Origin: Reclinomonas americana ATCC 50394
Lineage: Eukaryota
Length of the DNA: 52,496 bases
Direction: 5' to 3'
Assembly: GCA_048213135.1 (NCBI GenBank)
Contig: PS015105.1
Coordinates: forward strand, 1 to 52,496
Shown here: positions 11,541-24,200 of the stretch, one piece after another
Position numbering within the stretch: position 1 is the first letter of the stretch
Layout of the letters: each line of letters opens with the position of its first letter
Notes under the pieces: model-generated
What the model saw: the letters and a program-made list of their open reading frames with translations, nothing else
The model's database searches: none
What the model was told of the DNA's origin: nothing
Program-made: the position numbers and the translations under genes

Positions 11541-14500
11541 TCAGTGACCCACATTCAACAACAAGCACACGAAGAGCGTCGGTGCACGAAACTTGTAAAT
11601 GTACTGCGCGCCGAGCGAGAGAGAGAAAAGAGAGGAGTGAGTGTAAGCAGCAGCAGGAATGGTCGCGGCGTGGTGACAAGGAGACTCACCCCGGCAATCG
11701 CCAACACCAGCACAATGCAACAAATGTCGATGCACAGGCGTCCGGGGCCGCGAATCTGTGGAGACGGAAGACAGCGATGAGTGTGTCGAAGCGAGCAAGT
11801 CATGCCGCTCATCTCCCACTCGTCTCTTATCCCTCACACACATACACAAACACGATCTGTATCTCTCCAGCACTACATCTCTCTCCCCAAAGTGTTTCGA
11901 ATGCACAGTCCCTCCCATATCCCCCATCTATTCTGCACGCACGCCACCAACAGAATATCTCTTTTCGGCTGGCGCACAACGACCTCGCGTATAATTCCCT
12001 GAATGATCTGGATTCCTGTGCTCTCTCTCCCTGTTTTTCGTTTCTCTCTCCCTCTCCCTGTGTGTGTGTGTCCGTTCCTTTCATCGCACTCTCGGCGCTC
12101 TTGCGTACACTCTGGTTTATCACACTAATTTCCTCTCTCTCACTCTCTCTCACTCCCTGCCGCTTCACGCTCTCTTGATTTCTCTCTCTTTCCCTGTCGC
12201 TTCCTGCCTCTCTCTCGCTCTCACCTCTCTCGCTCTCTCTCTCTCTCCCTTCGCCTTCCCTCCCTCCTTTTCCCTACTTTCCCCACCCTTCCCCGTCACC
12301 CTCCCTCCCCCGCGCACCTTCGACAGCACATCCTTCATCTTTCTGTTGATCGACACCAACTGCGAGTTGACATTCTCTGTGTGTGACTCCACGCGATCCA
12401 GCAGCAGCGATTGACGATCGAGTTGCTGTGCAGCAGCATTGAGAAGGTGCAAAACGAGTGAAGAAGGTCGTTCGCACACCAACCTCTCCCAGTGCCCGTG
12501 ACTGCTCCTTCAGCGTCGTCACGCGTCTGCCAAACTCGTCGAGGCCGGAATTCTGCAAGCGCAAAACATCAGCAATCTCTCTTCTGCCCTCTCCCCCATC
12601 ACCACCACACGCAACGATGGCCTTGTCCTTGCGCGTACGAATGGCTTCGAACTCGGTGAGATCGATTTGCTCCAACTGCGACACCGTTGGATCGCCTGCA
12701 ATCAATCGACGCACGGGTTACCACAACGGAGGTAACTCCTTCCCCTCACAGCAGAACATCACGAAACGATCAAGAAACGCCGCGCCAACGTCGGAGAAGC
12801 CACGGCCTGCGCCGCCGCGTCGCATGGCCTCCTCTGCTCCCTCTGCCGACCCGGTGCTGGTGAGGGCGCGCTTGAAGTTCGCCACCTCCTCCACGTGCTT
12901 CGTCAGCAGCTGGATGTCGGCTTTCCTCATGCTCAACATGCGCTGTCCCTCGTCGTCGTTCTGCGAGGAGAGCGGTGAGGGGAAGGGTGAGGGGAGGGGT
13001 GAGGGGAGGGAAGGGTGAGGGGAAGGGTGAGGGGAAGGGTGAGGGAGAGGGGAAGGGAGAGAGAAAGAGAGAGTGAGAGAGAGAGAGAAAGGGGACTTTG
13101 AAAGAGACAGATAATACGGAACCGACTGATTCGCACACACACACACACGCAGGAAGGGAGACAGGTAGAGAGTGAGTGAGAAAGGAGAGACAGAGAAAAC
13201 GGAGCCGACTGCTTCAGACACGCACACACACAGAGAGATAAAAGAGAGAGAGAGAGAGACATGGGAGGGAGAGAGAAGAGAGTAAGAAGAGTGCACGGAA
13301 GAAAACAGACAGGTTCAAATAGTATAGAATGGCAAGAAAGATAGATAGACACACAGGCACACACGCACGCACACACAGGGAGGGAGACAGGGAGGGAGAG
13401 AGAGAGAGGAGAGACAGAGAATACGGATCCGACTGTTTCAGACACACACACACACGCACGCACAGAGAGAGAGAGAGAGAAGAGAGAAGAGAGACATGGG
13501 AGGGAGAGAAGAGAGCGAGGAGGAGTGCACGGAGAAAAAAACAGAGACAGGTTCAAACAGAAATAGAGAATGGCAACAACGAGATATAGACACACACAGG
13601 CACACGCGCACGCACACACAGGGAGAAAGACAGGGAGGGAGAGAGAGAGGAGAGAGACAAGAAGAGAGAGTGAAAAAGGGACTTTGAAACGGACAGAGAA
13701 TAAGTATCCGACTGATTCAGACACGCACACACACACACAGAGAGAGAGAGAGAGACAGACAGAGAACAGCAGGGCAGAGAAGAGGCGCAGAGACACTGCG
13801 TCTATGTCGTTCTCCCACTCTTTGTGCGTCAATGTCGTTCTCCCACTCTCCGTGCGTCGCTGCCGCTCTACCAGAGAGAGAGAGAGAGCAGACCTTCTTC
13901 AATTTCCTCTCCTGATTGTCCACCATGCGTTGCATCTCCGAGAGGAAGCGATTAATGTTCTCATCCTCTGCGCGGGGCGTGTGAGTCACGAGAATTCTAG
14001 AGATGGAGAGGTGCGAGACGCAACGTCTTGCAATCGCCTGATGCAACTCGAGCTTCTTGCCAGACCTATCGCCATTCCTTCGCAATTCCTGGCGCTCCTT
14101 GAGCAACTGTGCGAGATTAGAAGTGAGTACGAAGGGTGAGAAGGGGCGATATAAAGGCTCGCGCAGGAGCGCAAGGAGGGAACAAGAATGTAGGTGTAAG
14201 ATGGAATGTTGATTGCGCTCCTGGAAATGAGAGGCGCGTGGCAACACGAAAGAAGAGCAGACGGAAGTAGAGCAGCCGTAAGAAGAGAATACTGGAGGAA
14301 AGGAATGCAAGAAAGGCAACTCGGGCAAAATGAGAGAAAAGGCCACAGAGGAGAAGCGCGAGATCTGAGAGATCGGTGATTTTGAGAGACGGAAAAACAG
14401 CGTGCGGAGACAGGAGAAAAGAACGAGGAGAAGGGTACTCAACGCGAGAGAAGTGAACACTCGAGAGATGCATGCGAAGGGAGAGAAGAATCAAACAGGA

Positions 14501-15121
14501 AGCGCGGTCGAGAAAGCTCAGTTGGCGCAAGATCGCAGAACTCAAGAGCAGGGCCCACTCCTTCTCCCCTCCCCTTCTCTCCCCAGCAACCCACCCGTCG
14601 CTGATCCGCCAGCGCCTCCGCCAACCACAGCTTGCGCTGATCGAATGGGTCCAGCGTGGCCTCCGCCTCCTGTCGCTCTCGTTCCTCGTACGTCATCTCG
14701 TCGGCGATTGGGTCGTGGATGTCCTGGGAGGCGAGGAAAAGGAGAGGGAGAGTGAGGACAAGGGACGGTGCGTGCATCTCAACTGTGCCTCTCGCCTCTA
14801 CGATAACGATGACGAGTGGATCAGCGCAGAAGGATGTGAAGCTAAAGTGCGCAGAGAGAAAGCGTCATACACACATAGTACTGTGTGTTTGTGTGAGAGA
14901 GAGAGAGAAAGAGAGAGCATGATGCGAGGAACGTGAAGAATCGATAGGCTCAATGAATTCACCGCACGAGCAGCACCGGGTCAACACAAGGAGCGCGACT
15001 TCTCGCTCAAAGCGATCGCAAATGCCAGCGACCCTCACTGCACCACACTCTCTCCCTCACACAGACAAACCAAAGGCACATGAGCGCGAGCGATTGCACA
15101 ACTCGAGAGATGCGATCGCAT
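11541..15121 (-). CDS. Qc-SNARE of the SYP7 (SYP71-like) family, ~11 exons; start and last few codons uncertain
   Basis: SNARE motif NSGLDEFGRRVTTLKEQSRALGE/QLDRQSLLLDRVESHTENVNSQLVSINRKMKDVLSK, then IRGPGRLCIDICCIVLVLAIAG/YIYKF transmembrane tail (SYP7-like CIDI..GI..Y.Y). N-terminal exons RVAGICDRFERE and LDPFDQRK. Confidence 0.75.
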
Positions 15122-15304
15122 TCGCTCATTCGCCACTCATCGCATTCACCAGCAACACTCACTGCACGTCTCCCACACAAGCACAAAAGCACACACACTC
15201 ACACACGCTCTCCCACAATGCGCATATATTTGCCCCAGCAAACCCCAGTCCTCTTCAAACGCGTTCACTCATTCCTCTGCCTCTCTGTCTCCATCTCTCA
15301 CACA

Positions 15305-15361
<57 letters not shown>

Positions 15362-15941
15362 CAACTCCTACTACTCTACTTACGTTACGTTAGTTACTTC
15401 GACACGACGTACCTAAACCTACAACTCTACTTCGTCCTACCACAACAACGACGCGCTACACTACNNNNNNNNNNNNNNNNNNNNNNNNNNNNNNNNNNNN
15501 NNNNNNNNNNNNNNNNNNNNNNNNNNNNNNNNNNNNNNNNNNNNNNNNNNNNNNNNNNNNNNNNNNNNNNNNNNNNNNNNNNNNNNNNNNNNNNNNNNNN
15601 NNNNNNNNNNNNNNNNNNNNNNNNNNNNNNNNNNNNNNNNNNNNNNNNNNNNNNNNNNNNNNNNNNNNNNNNNNNNNNNNNNNNNNNNNNNNNNNNNNNN
15701 NNNNNNNNNNNNNNNNNNNNNNNNNNNNNNNNNNNNNNNNNNNNNNNNNNNNNNNNNNNNNNNNNNNNNNNNNNNNNNNNNNNNNNNNNNNNNNNNNNNN
15801 NNNNNNNNNNCGTACCATCCGCCTTCGGTCCGGTACAGCAGCGTACACTCATTCGTATGTATTTGTCACAGGCGAAACCTACAATACACTTGTCTCCACC
15901 ACAACAAGCGCTCACATCATCTCTCTCTCTCACACACACAC

Positions 15942-16003
<62 letters not shown>

Positions 16004-16228
16004 CCTCGCACACAATGCACAAATATTTACATCTGCAAACCTCAATCACAACTCCACACACGCACACAACACAAACCCCCCTCTCTCTATCTCTCTTCTC
16101 TCTCCATTTGCACCTCTCTCCCCTCACACACACACACACTCCCCCACTCTCTTGTCTTCTTCCGCGCGCTGACATTGCACACACTTTCACCTCGCGCACA
16201 CACTCACCAATAAATGCCCACACATGAC

Positions 16229-16444
16229 CCGCATACGCGGATCCTGCAAGCTACGCAGAAACTGTGCGGTCTTTGGTGGACGATTGAGCGCCACCGAGGA
16301 TGCCGTGATCATCTTGCCTCCTCCGCTGCTTCCTCCTCCTGCTGCTGTGCGCGCTGCTCCATATCCACTGCCACTGCCTCCTCCTGCGGCCGCCGCAGAG
16401 GAGGAGGCGGTGCCGCGGAGAAGCGGCGCGGTCGGGCTTGACAT
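16229..16444 (-). CDS. Probable first exon (Gly/Ser/Ala-rich) of an unassigned gene, possibly an N-terminal extension of the SNARE gene
   Basis: GC-rich MSSPTAPLLRGTASSSAAAAGGG..RSLQDPRMR followed by a GT and a TG/GA-repeat intron-like stretch; downstream link not established. Confidence 0.35.
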
Positions 16445-16896
16445 GCCAGAATCAATCAAGAAAGTGATGCGTTTGTTCGTTCATCGGGGCTCCGATTGAT
16501 TTTCCGGCTTGTGGTGGATCTGGAACTACGCCACGGTGGATGTTTGCAGTATGATGGTCTTGTACGTAACGAATAGCAGCGGGTCCGGAGCGCGAAGAAA
16601 GTCGAATTGCCGATCTCGAATTGCGTGCATTTTGAATTCGAAGTCGCAGCGAAGGACACACTCACGCCGCATTCTGAAGTATGCTAGGGAGAGCAGAATT
16701 GTGGAACCACTGTTGGTCCAGCGGACTTTGGAATGCAGCGGGTCCAGACGAAGAGGAAGCCGCAGCGAATTGATTGCCGGCGTTGAATTTGATTCTCGTG
16801 TCTCGAAGTTGTTGCTCCCGCTTGCCAATTAATCCTGCAGGCTGCTGGTTGCCTTACATCACCGACTTCCTATCGCCGGATGCGTTGCTTGTCAGC

Positions 16897-17566
16897 ATGC
16901 AACACACATATGCCAGCAATTCGCTTTGCGTCTACATAAGCGTTTCCATTGTCCACAGCAATGCCGTAAGCCTGCTCTCCGCTGTCGGCGCATCGTGGAT
17001 CGTCGGTGGTGTGGTCACTCCCCCGCGCGCCGCAGAGGATGATGACGTGCAGCTGTGCCACGCACTGCAGAGCCTCCGAAACGCATCCGCGTTGGAACCG
17101 ACTGAGGTGCTGGAGGCCGCCAACGTGCTCAGCGCTCGCGGCTTGCTGCATAACACTCCCACAAGCATGCGCTTCTTCTACTCCACCACCGCGCACCACT
17201 CGATCCTCGCCATGCTCGTGAATCGGACGCGCCAGCTCGCCCGCGGCTCGTACGCCTCCACCAGTGGCGTGAACTCGGTGGCCCTCGTCGGTGCCACGGG
17301 CGTCGGCAAGTCCACGATGCTGCGCCTGTACGCCGACCTGTGCCGCCACATCGAGCCCTCGGTGATCCCGGTCTACATCAACTTCACCGACGTCTTGGTC
17401 GCACGCACCGCCACTCTCCGATTCATCGGCGAGTATGCCATGGAGGCCATGCGAGTCGCCGGCGTCCCCGTCACGGAGACATCGGATCGCGGTCTACTCA
17501 AGTGCGTGGAGGACACGTTGGAGCGGGAGAATCAACACATGTTGCTGCTCGTCGACGAGCTAGATC
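16897..17566 (+). CDS. Intronless P-loop NTPase (AAA+/STAND-like), 5' part
   Basis: Walker A VALVGATGVGKST, strand VIPVYINF, Walker B MLLLVDELD running into an N gap. Start codon uncertain. Confidence 0.8.
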
Positions 17567-17964
17567 NNNNNNNNNNNNNNNNNNNNNNNNNNNNNNNNNN
17601 NNNNNNNNNNNNNNNNNNNNNNNNNNNNNNNNNNNNNNNNNNNNNNNNNNNNNNNNNNNNNNNNNNNNNNNNNNNNNNNNNNNNNNNNNNNNNNNNNNNN
17701 NNNNNNNNNNNNNNNNNNNNNNNNNNNNNNNTCCTCTTTTCTTTTTTCCCTCCTCCCCTTCTTGTTGGTTTTGCTGTTATGGTGTGTGTTGCATAGAAAG
17801 AGATGGATCGTCGTATGTACGAAGTGTGTACGTTTTGTGTGCCGAGCTTTTTGTGCATGATGTTGTTGGTTTGTGTGTGTATTGCATAAGTTGGTGTGTC
17901 TCGCGTAAAAGGTTGGAAAACAGTGGTAACAGGGAGAGGGGGGGGGAGGGAGAGGGAGTTTCTG

Positions 17965-18224
17965 TCAACTGACGCGATAGGAAGGAAACTTGGATTCCTT
18001 GAGGTGGACGCAGTAGCGCACGAGTGGGAACTCCTTGCGCAGACCGGCATCGTGGCACGCCTGCTTGTTGATTAGCAGCGGCAGCGCCCGCGACGACCCG
18101 CACACAACCACCGCAATGCGGCCGCGAGGGTAGCCGATGGTGTCGCCGAGGCCTGCCAGCTCACCGAGGATGGCCTTGGCCACGGCGAAATCCTCGCCGG
18201 CTTCAGCGTCGACCATGTACAGCT
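17965..18224 (-). CDS. 3' part of the same P-loop NTPase on a misoriented contig
   Basis: The + part ends ..GAG CTA GAT C (17566) and this - strand piece starts AG CTG TAC ATG (18224), giving VDELDQLYMV. It continues LGELAGLG..RIAVVVCGSS..LPLLI..EFPL..KFPSYRVS*. Confidence 0.7.
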
Positions 18225-18259
18225 NNNNNNNNNNNNNNNNNNNNCGCGCGCGCGTCACC

Positions 18260-21200
18260 TTAACGCTGAATCTCGACCTTCCTGCGCGCCGTGCCAATGT
18301 CGCACGAGTTGACCTTGGCAGCAAAGCGCAACGACGACACACTCTCCAGCAGATGCAGCATGGCCGGCGAAATGTTGACAAACATGAGCGTCTTGGAGTT
18401 GCCGCCGAGCGACTTTTGCAGCAGGTAGGTGAGGCGCGAGTTACGGTACGGCACGTGGGTCGACTTGTTGGCCAGCGCGGCAATCACATCACCCAGGCAC
18501 GACAGCGACTTGTTAATGTGCTGCGTCTCCAGACGGCGATCGCCCGTGTGTTGCGTCTGCTTCAGGCGCTCCGAGCCGGCCAAATCGATGAGGTTCAGAA
18601 GGCCCTCCGACACGGCGCCGGTCTGCAAAGGGGGAAAAGAGGAAAAGGGAAAAGAGGAAAAGGGGAAAGAGGGAAAGGGTGAGTAAGGGGATAAATAAAA
18701 GGGAAAGGCGGAAGGGGGATAAAGGGGAAGGGGGAAGGGGAAGGGGGAAAGGGGAAGGGGGAAGGGCACAGGGGTGAAGAAGGACAAGAGGTGATAGAAA
18801 GGGAAGAGGAGAGAGAGAGAGAGAGGAGGCACATGGAAGGGAAAACGGCAGAGGGAGAAATGGCAGAGGTGAGAAAATGAGCAGAGACAGAATGCGTAGA
18901 GGCGAGCGACAAGGGCAGACGAGAGTGCAAGGGCAAATAAGAGACTGAAGCGCAGAGGAGAGTGACAAAACAGAGGTGCGAGAGGGCACAGAGAGAGAGA
19001 GAGAGAGAAAGCAGAGAAAAAGAGCACAGGTAGAGGAGTGGCCGACGTGAGATTAAGAGGATTGACACAGCAGTGGAGAGACAACTGGCAGCGGAGAGAC
19101 ATGGGTGCAGGCGAGGGGCAAAGCGAGAGAATCGGCAGATGCGAGAGAAAGGCAAAGGGGAAAACGAACAGGGAGAAAGAAAACGGCAGAGAGGACAGAC
19201 GGGAGACAAAGTATGGATGACAAAAGGGTGGAGTAGACGAGAAGAGAGGAAAGAGAAACGCAGAGCAGAGCAAGAAAGAAGCAAGCGCAATGGAGAAAAT
19301 AACTGAAGCGAGAAAGGGAACCGAAGAGCAAATACCAAACGGGAGGCGCGAGCAGCAGGCACAACAACTTAATGGATCACAATGCCACAAAGAAAGCACA
19401 AAAGACGAGTGACGACAGCCAACCACTCAAGGCCGAATGAGGACAGATACCTAAAGCAGTACTCATGAAATCAACACGCACCATTCTCTTCTCCTCTCAT
19501 CCCTCTCCTTCTCCCTCTCCACTATCTTCCTCCCCACACACCTGATGATTGTGTCCCTTGATGTACAGCTGGAACACAGAGTGCGAGCGCGACGAGTTGG
19601 CATTGAGCTTAGTCGCAGCCCACGAGCGCTGCCGACTGGCGCGGATGAGCAAGTCGTGCACCTCAGCCGGATCACGCACGGGCACTGTAGTGGATGAGGA
19701 AGAGGAAATTGAGTGGACTGAACAGCTCAGCAGGGCAAGCGAAGAGCAGCACGCAACAGAGTTCGAGATTGGAGACCGACACACTGCCGTCGCCATTCTG
19801 CTTGATGTCGTACTTGAGGTTGGTGCCGGGTTCGGCGAGCAGATCGCGAATCTGCTCGTTGTAGATTTCCAAAAAGCTGCGCAGAGAGGGAGGCGAGTGA
19901 GAAAAGGGGCAGAGATAAGGACAGAAAGTGTTCTCTCGCCATCTCACTTTCACCGCAGCTCCCTCTCATCGCTCGCTTCTCTCTCTCTCTCTCTCTCTCT
20001 CTTTCTCATCGCTCGCTTCTCGCTCTCTCGCCCTCCCCCTCTCTCTCTCCCCTTTCCTTTCCCTCTCCCCTTCACACTCTGCGCTCACCTGGCCTCCAGC
20101 GTGTACTCCCACCCCTGATCCCGCAGGCTCTCGGCCACCGTGAAAATCTTCTCCACCGTGCGCGGAATCACACCACCCTGCTCGGACAGGTTGTAGCGCA
20201 CGTGACCAGTGCCCGAGGCCTCCTCCCACACCGGACCCTCCATGGTGAAGGTCTTGCCGGAGCCCGTGACACCATAGCTGTTGTTGTGTAAGTCACTCGC
20301 CAAGAGAAAACAAAAAAAGAGGCAAGAGCAACACAGGAGTAACGCAACGCGAAAATGCACACGTGATAGCCGTCGAGTGCGCTCTGCACCAGCTGCGACA
20401 CCTCCTCAAAGACCTCTGCCTGCGTCGATGCCGGCGGGAAGATGCGATCAAACGAGAACTGGTGTGCCGAACCCTGTCCGTTCGACAGGATAATCGTGTT
20501 CTCCAGGTCCTCCGGGTACTCAATGTCGGCCGCCTCGCCGTCGTCGCCCAACATCGGGCGCACACGGCAGAACACACGAATGTTGCCCTTGAGCTCCTGA
20601 ATCTCATTGTGCAGCTTGCGGCGCAGCATTTCGTCGTTGCGGCGACGCTGCTCCAGCTCGTTGATCTCCTCAATGTGCGCGGCGAGACGGTTCTGCAGCT
20701 TGGCAATGGTGCGCTCGCGCTCCGCCACGCGTGTCTCCGCGGCCTCCAGGGATTTCTTGGCCTCGGCCACCTAATACAGGGGAAGGGAAAAGGGGGAAAG
20801 GGGAAAGGGAAAGGGGGAAGGGGGAAGGAGGGCGAGTGAGTGGCGAAGTCACACACGGAGANNNNNNNNNNNNNNNNNNNNNNNNNNNNNNNNNNNNNNN
20901 NNNNNNNNNNNNNNNNNNNNNNNNNNNNNNNNNNNNNNNNNNNNNNNNNNNNNNNNNNNNNNNNNNNNNNNNNNNNNNNNNNNNNNNNNNNNNNNNNNNN
21001 NNNNNNNNNNNNNNNNNNNNNNNNNNNNNNNNNNNNNNNNNNNNNNNNNNNNNNNNNNNNNNNNNNNNNNNNNNNNNNNNNNNNNNNNNNNNNNNNNNNN
21101 NNNNNNNNNNNNNNNNNNNNNNNNNNNNNNNNNNNNNNNNNNNNNNNNNNNNNNNNNNNNNNNNNNNNNNNNNNNNNNNNNNNNNNNNNNNNNNNNNNNN

Positions 21201-24200
21201 NNNNNNNNNNNNNNNNNNNNNNNNNNNNNNNNNNNNNNNNNNNNNNNNNNNNNNNNNNNNNNNNNNNNNNNNNNNNNNNNNNNNNNNNNNNNNNNNNNNN
21301 NNNNNNNNNNNNNNNNNNNNNNNNNNNNNNNNNNNNNNNNNNNNNNNNNNNNNNNNNNNNNNNNNNNNNNNNNNNNNNNNNNNNNNNNNNNNNNNNNNNN
21401 NNNNNNNNNNNNNNNNNNNNNNNNNNNNNNNNNNNCCCCCCACAGATGGACGAGGACTACTCATCCCACGAGGAAGAGATCACGCGCCTCCGCGGAGGCC
21501 GCGGCAGCAGCAATGGCCCCTCCTCCGACGGCGACTCCGCCGCGCAACAGCGGCGCCACCTGGAGCAGGAGTTTGAGGCGGCCAAGGCCCGCGAGGGCCG
21601 TCTGCTCGGCGAGCGCAACTCGCTCAACGAGAACCTCACGCGCCTGCACGCCGAGATGCAGCACGTGCAGGATGAGATCAACATGCTGCGCGACTCGTAC
21701 CGTGCCAAGGACGAGGATCTGCTGAAGGCGCAGGAGGAGATGCGTCGTCTGCAGGCCGCCGCCGAGCAGGAGATTGGCAGTGTGCGCGCCAAGTTTGCCA
21801 GGGATATGGAGGCGCTGCGGCAGTCGTATCATGAGCAGTTGGCACCGGCGCAGCAGGCGCTGGAGGAGTCGATTCGCGGCAAGGATGTCGAGTTGAGGGC
21901 GGCGCAGGATGAGGTGCGCAGGATCCGTTCCAAGGCCGAGGCCGACATGGAGGCGCTGAAGAAGCAGCATGAGGCCACGATTATGAGCTTCCATGCGGGT
22001 CTGCGTGCGCAGGTTTGTNNNNNNNNNNNNNNNNNNNNNNNNNNNNNNNNNNNNNNNNNNNNNNNNNNNNNNNNNNNNNNNNNNNNNNNNNNNNNNNNNN
22101 NNNNNNNNNNNNNNNNNNNNNNNNNNNNNNNNNNNNNNNNNNNNNNNNNNNNNNNNNNNNNNNNNNNNNNNNNNNNNNNNNNNNNNNNNNNNNNNNNNNN
22201 NNNNNNNNNNNNNNNNNNNNNNNNNNNNNNNNNNNNNNNNNNNNNNNNNNNNNNNNNNNNNNNNNNNNNNNNNNNNNNNNNNNNNNNNNNNNNNNNNNNN
22301 NNNNNNNNNNNNNNNNNNNNNNNNNNNNNNNNNNNNNNNNNNNNNNNNNNNNNNNNNNNNNNNNNNNNNNNNNNNNNNNNNNNNNNNNNNNNNNNNNNNN
22401 NNNNNNNNNNNNNNNNNNNNNNNNNNNNNNNNNNNNNNNNNNNNNNNNNNNNNNNNNNNNNNNNNNNNNNNNNNNNNNNNNNNNNNNNNNNNNNNNNNNN
22501 NNNNNNNNNNNNNNNNNNNNNNNNNNNNNNNNNNNNNNNNNNNNNNNNNNNNNNNNNNNNNNNNNNNNNNNNNNNNNNNNNNNNNNNNNNNNNNNNNNNN
22601 NNNNNNNNNNNNNNNNNNNNNNNNNNNNNNNNNNNNNNNNNNNNNNNNNNNNNNNNNNNNNNNNNNNNNNNNNNNNNNNNNNNNNNNNNNNNNNNNNNNN
22701 NNNNNNNNNNNNNNNNNNNNNNNNNNNNNNNNNNNNNNNNNNNNNNNNNNNNNNNNNNNNNNNNNNNNNNNNNNNNNNNNNNNNNNNNNNNNNNNNNNNN
22801 NNNNNNNNNNNNNNNNNNNNNNNNNNAGGGGGAAAGGGTGAGCAACAGGGAAAGGAGGGGGTTTGAAGGGAAAGGGAAAGAGGGAGGGAGAGGGATTGAC
22901 GGGAAAGGAGAGGGAGAAAAAAGTGACAGTGTGTATGAATGGTAATCACATTCCCTCTCCTGTTCTCTCTGAGTGAGTGAGCGAGTGAGAACGAGAGAGG
23001 AGAGAGAGAGAGAGAGAGTAAATGTGTGCCAGCGTGCCAGCGTGCGGAGAGGAAGTAGTCTCCAATTGCAGTCTTCTCTCTCATCCTCATTCTTTGTGTG
23101 CATGTGCGAGAGATGGAGAAGGAGAAGCAGCACACAGACCTGCAAGTTCTTCAGTCTCTCTCACACTGTGTGTGTGGGTGAGAGGTCTCTTGTCTCACGT
23201 TCTTTTCACTGTCTTCTCTCTCTTCCTCCCTCTTTCATGTTCCTTGTGTGCCTATGCGCAAGTGCGTGTGTGCAAGAGCGCGTTGAGAGAGAGAAAAAGA
23301 AGCAAAGAGACCTGTCTCTGAATGTATACGAATGAGCAAGAGGTCTACCTCTCTCTATGTGCACAAGCGTGTGTGTCAGTGGAGTGAGAGGTCACTTTTC
23401 TCACGTTTCTCTGTCGTGTGAATGAGTGAGATCTCTCTCCCTTCTGCTCCTTCTCCTACTCTCACTCTCTGACTGTGCAAGAGCGTGTTGAGAGAGAGAG
23501 AGAGAGTGAGAATAAAGCACAGAGACCTGTCTCAAGTTCTCTCTGACTGTGCACGAGTGAGCGAGAGGTCTATCTCTCTCAGTATGTGTGTCAGTGAGGT
23601 CTCTTTTCTCACGTTTCTCTGTCTGCTCCTCTCTCTCTCTGAGTGGTCGTGTGAATGAGTGAGAGGCCTTCCCCCTTCTGTTCTCCCTCTCTGACTGTGC
23701 AAGAGCGTGTTGAGAGAGAGAGAATAAAGCACAGAGACCTGTCTCAAGTTCTCTGACTGTGCACGAGTGAGCGAGAGGTCTATCTCTCTCAGTGCGCAAG
23801 TGTGTGTGTCAGTGGAGTGAGAGGTCTCTTTTCTCACGTTTCTCTGAGTGTGCGTGTGAATGAGTGAGTGGTCTTACTCTCTTTCTCTCTGTGTGTGTGT
23901 GTGCGTGCGCAAGTCTCTTTCTCACGTTTCTCTGTCGCCTCCTCGCTCTCTGAGGGTGCATGTGAATGAGCAAGCGGCCTTACTCTCTCCCCCTTCTGTT
24001 CTCCCTCTCTGACTGTGCACGAGTGTGTTGAGAGAAGAGAGAGAGAGTGGAGTGAGACCGTTATGGCACGCGCACACACACACGAGTGTCAACTGTGTGT
24101 GTGCGTCATAGTGCCTGTGTAACGCAACACTCTCAATGGCGGCAACACTCGAGGCTGATGAGGTGGCGGCGGTGGCAGAGGCAGACGAGGGGCGCGCGGG

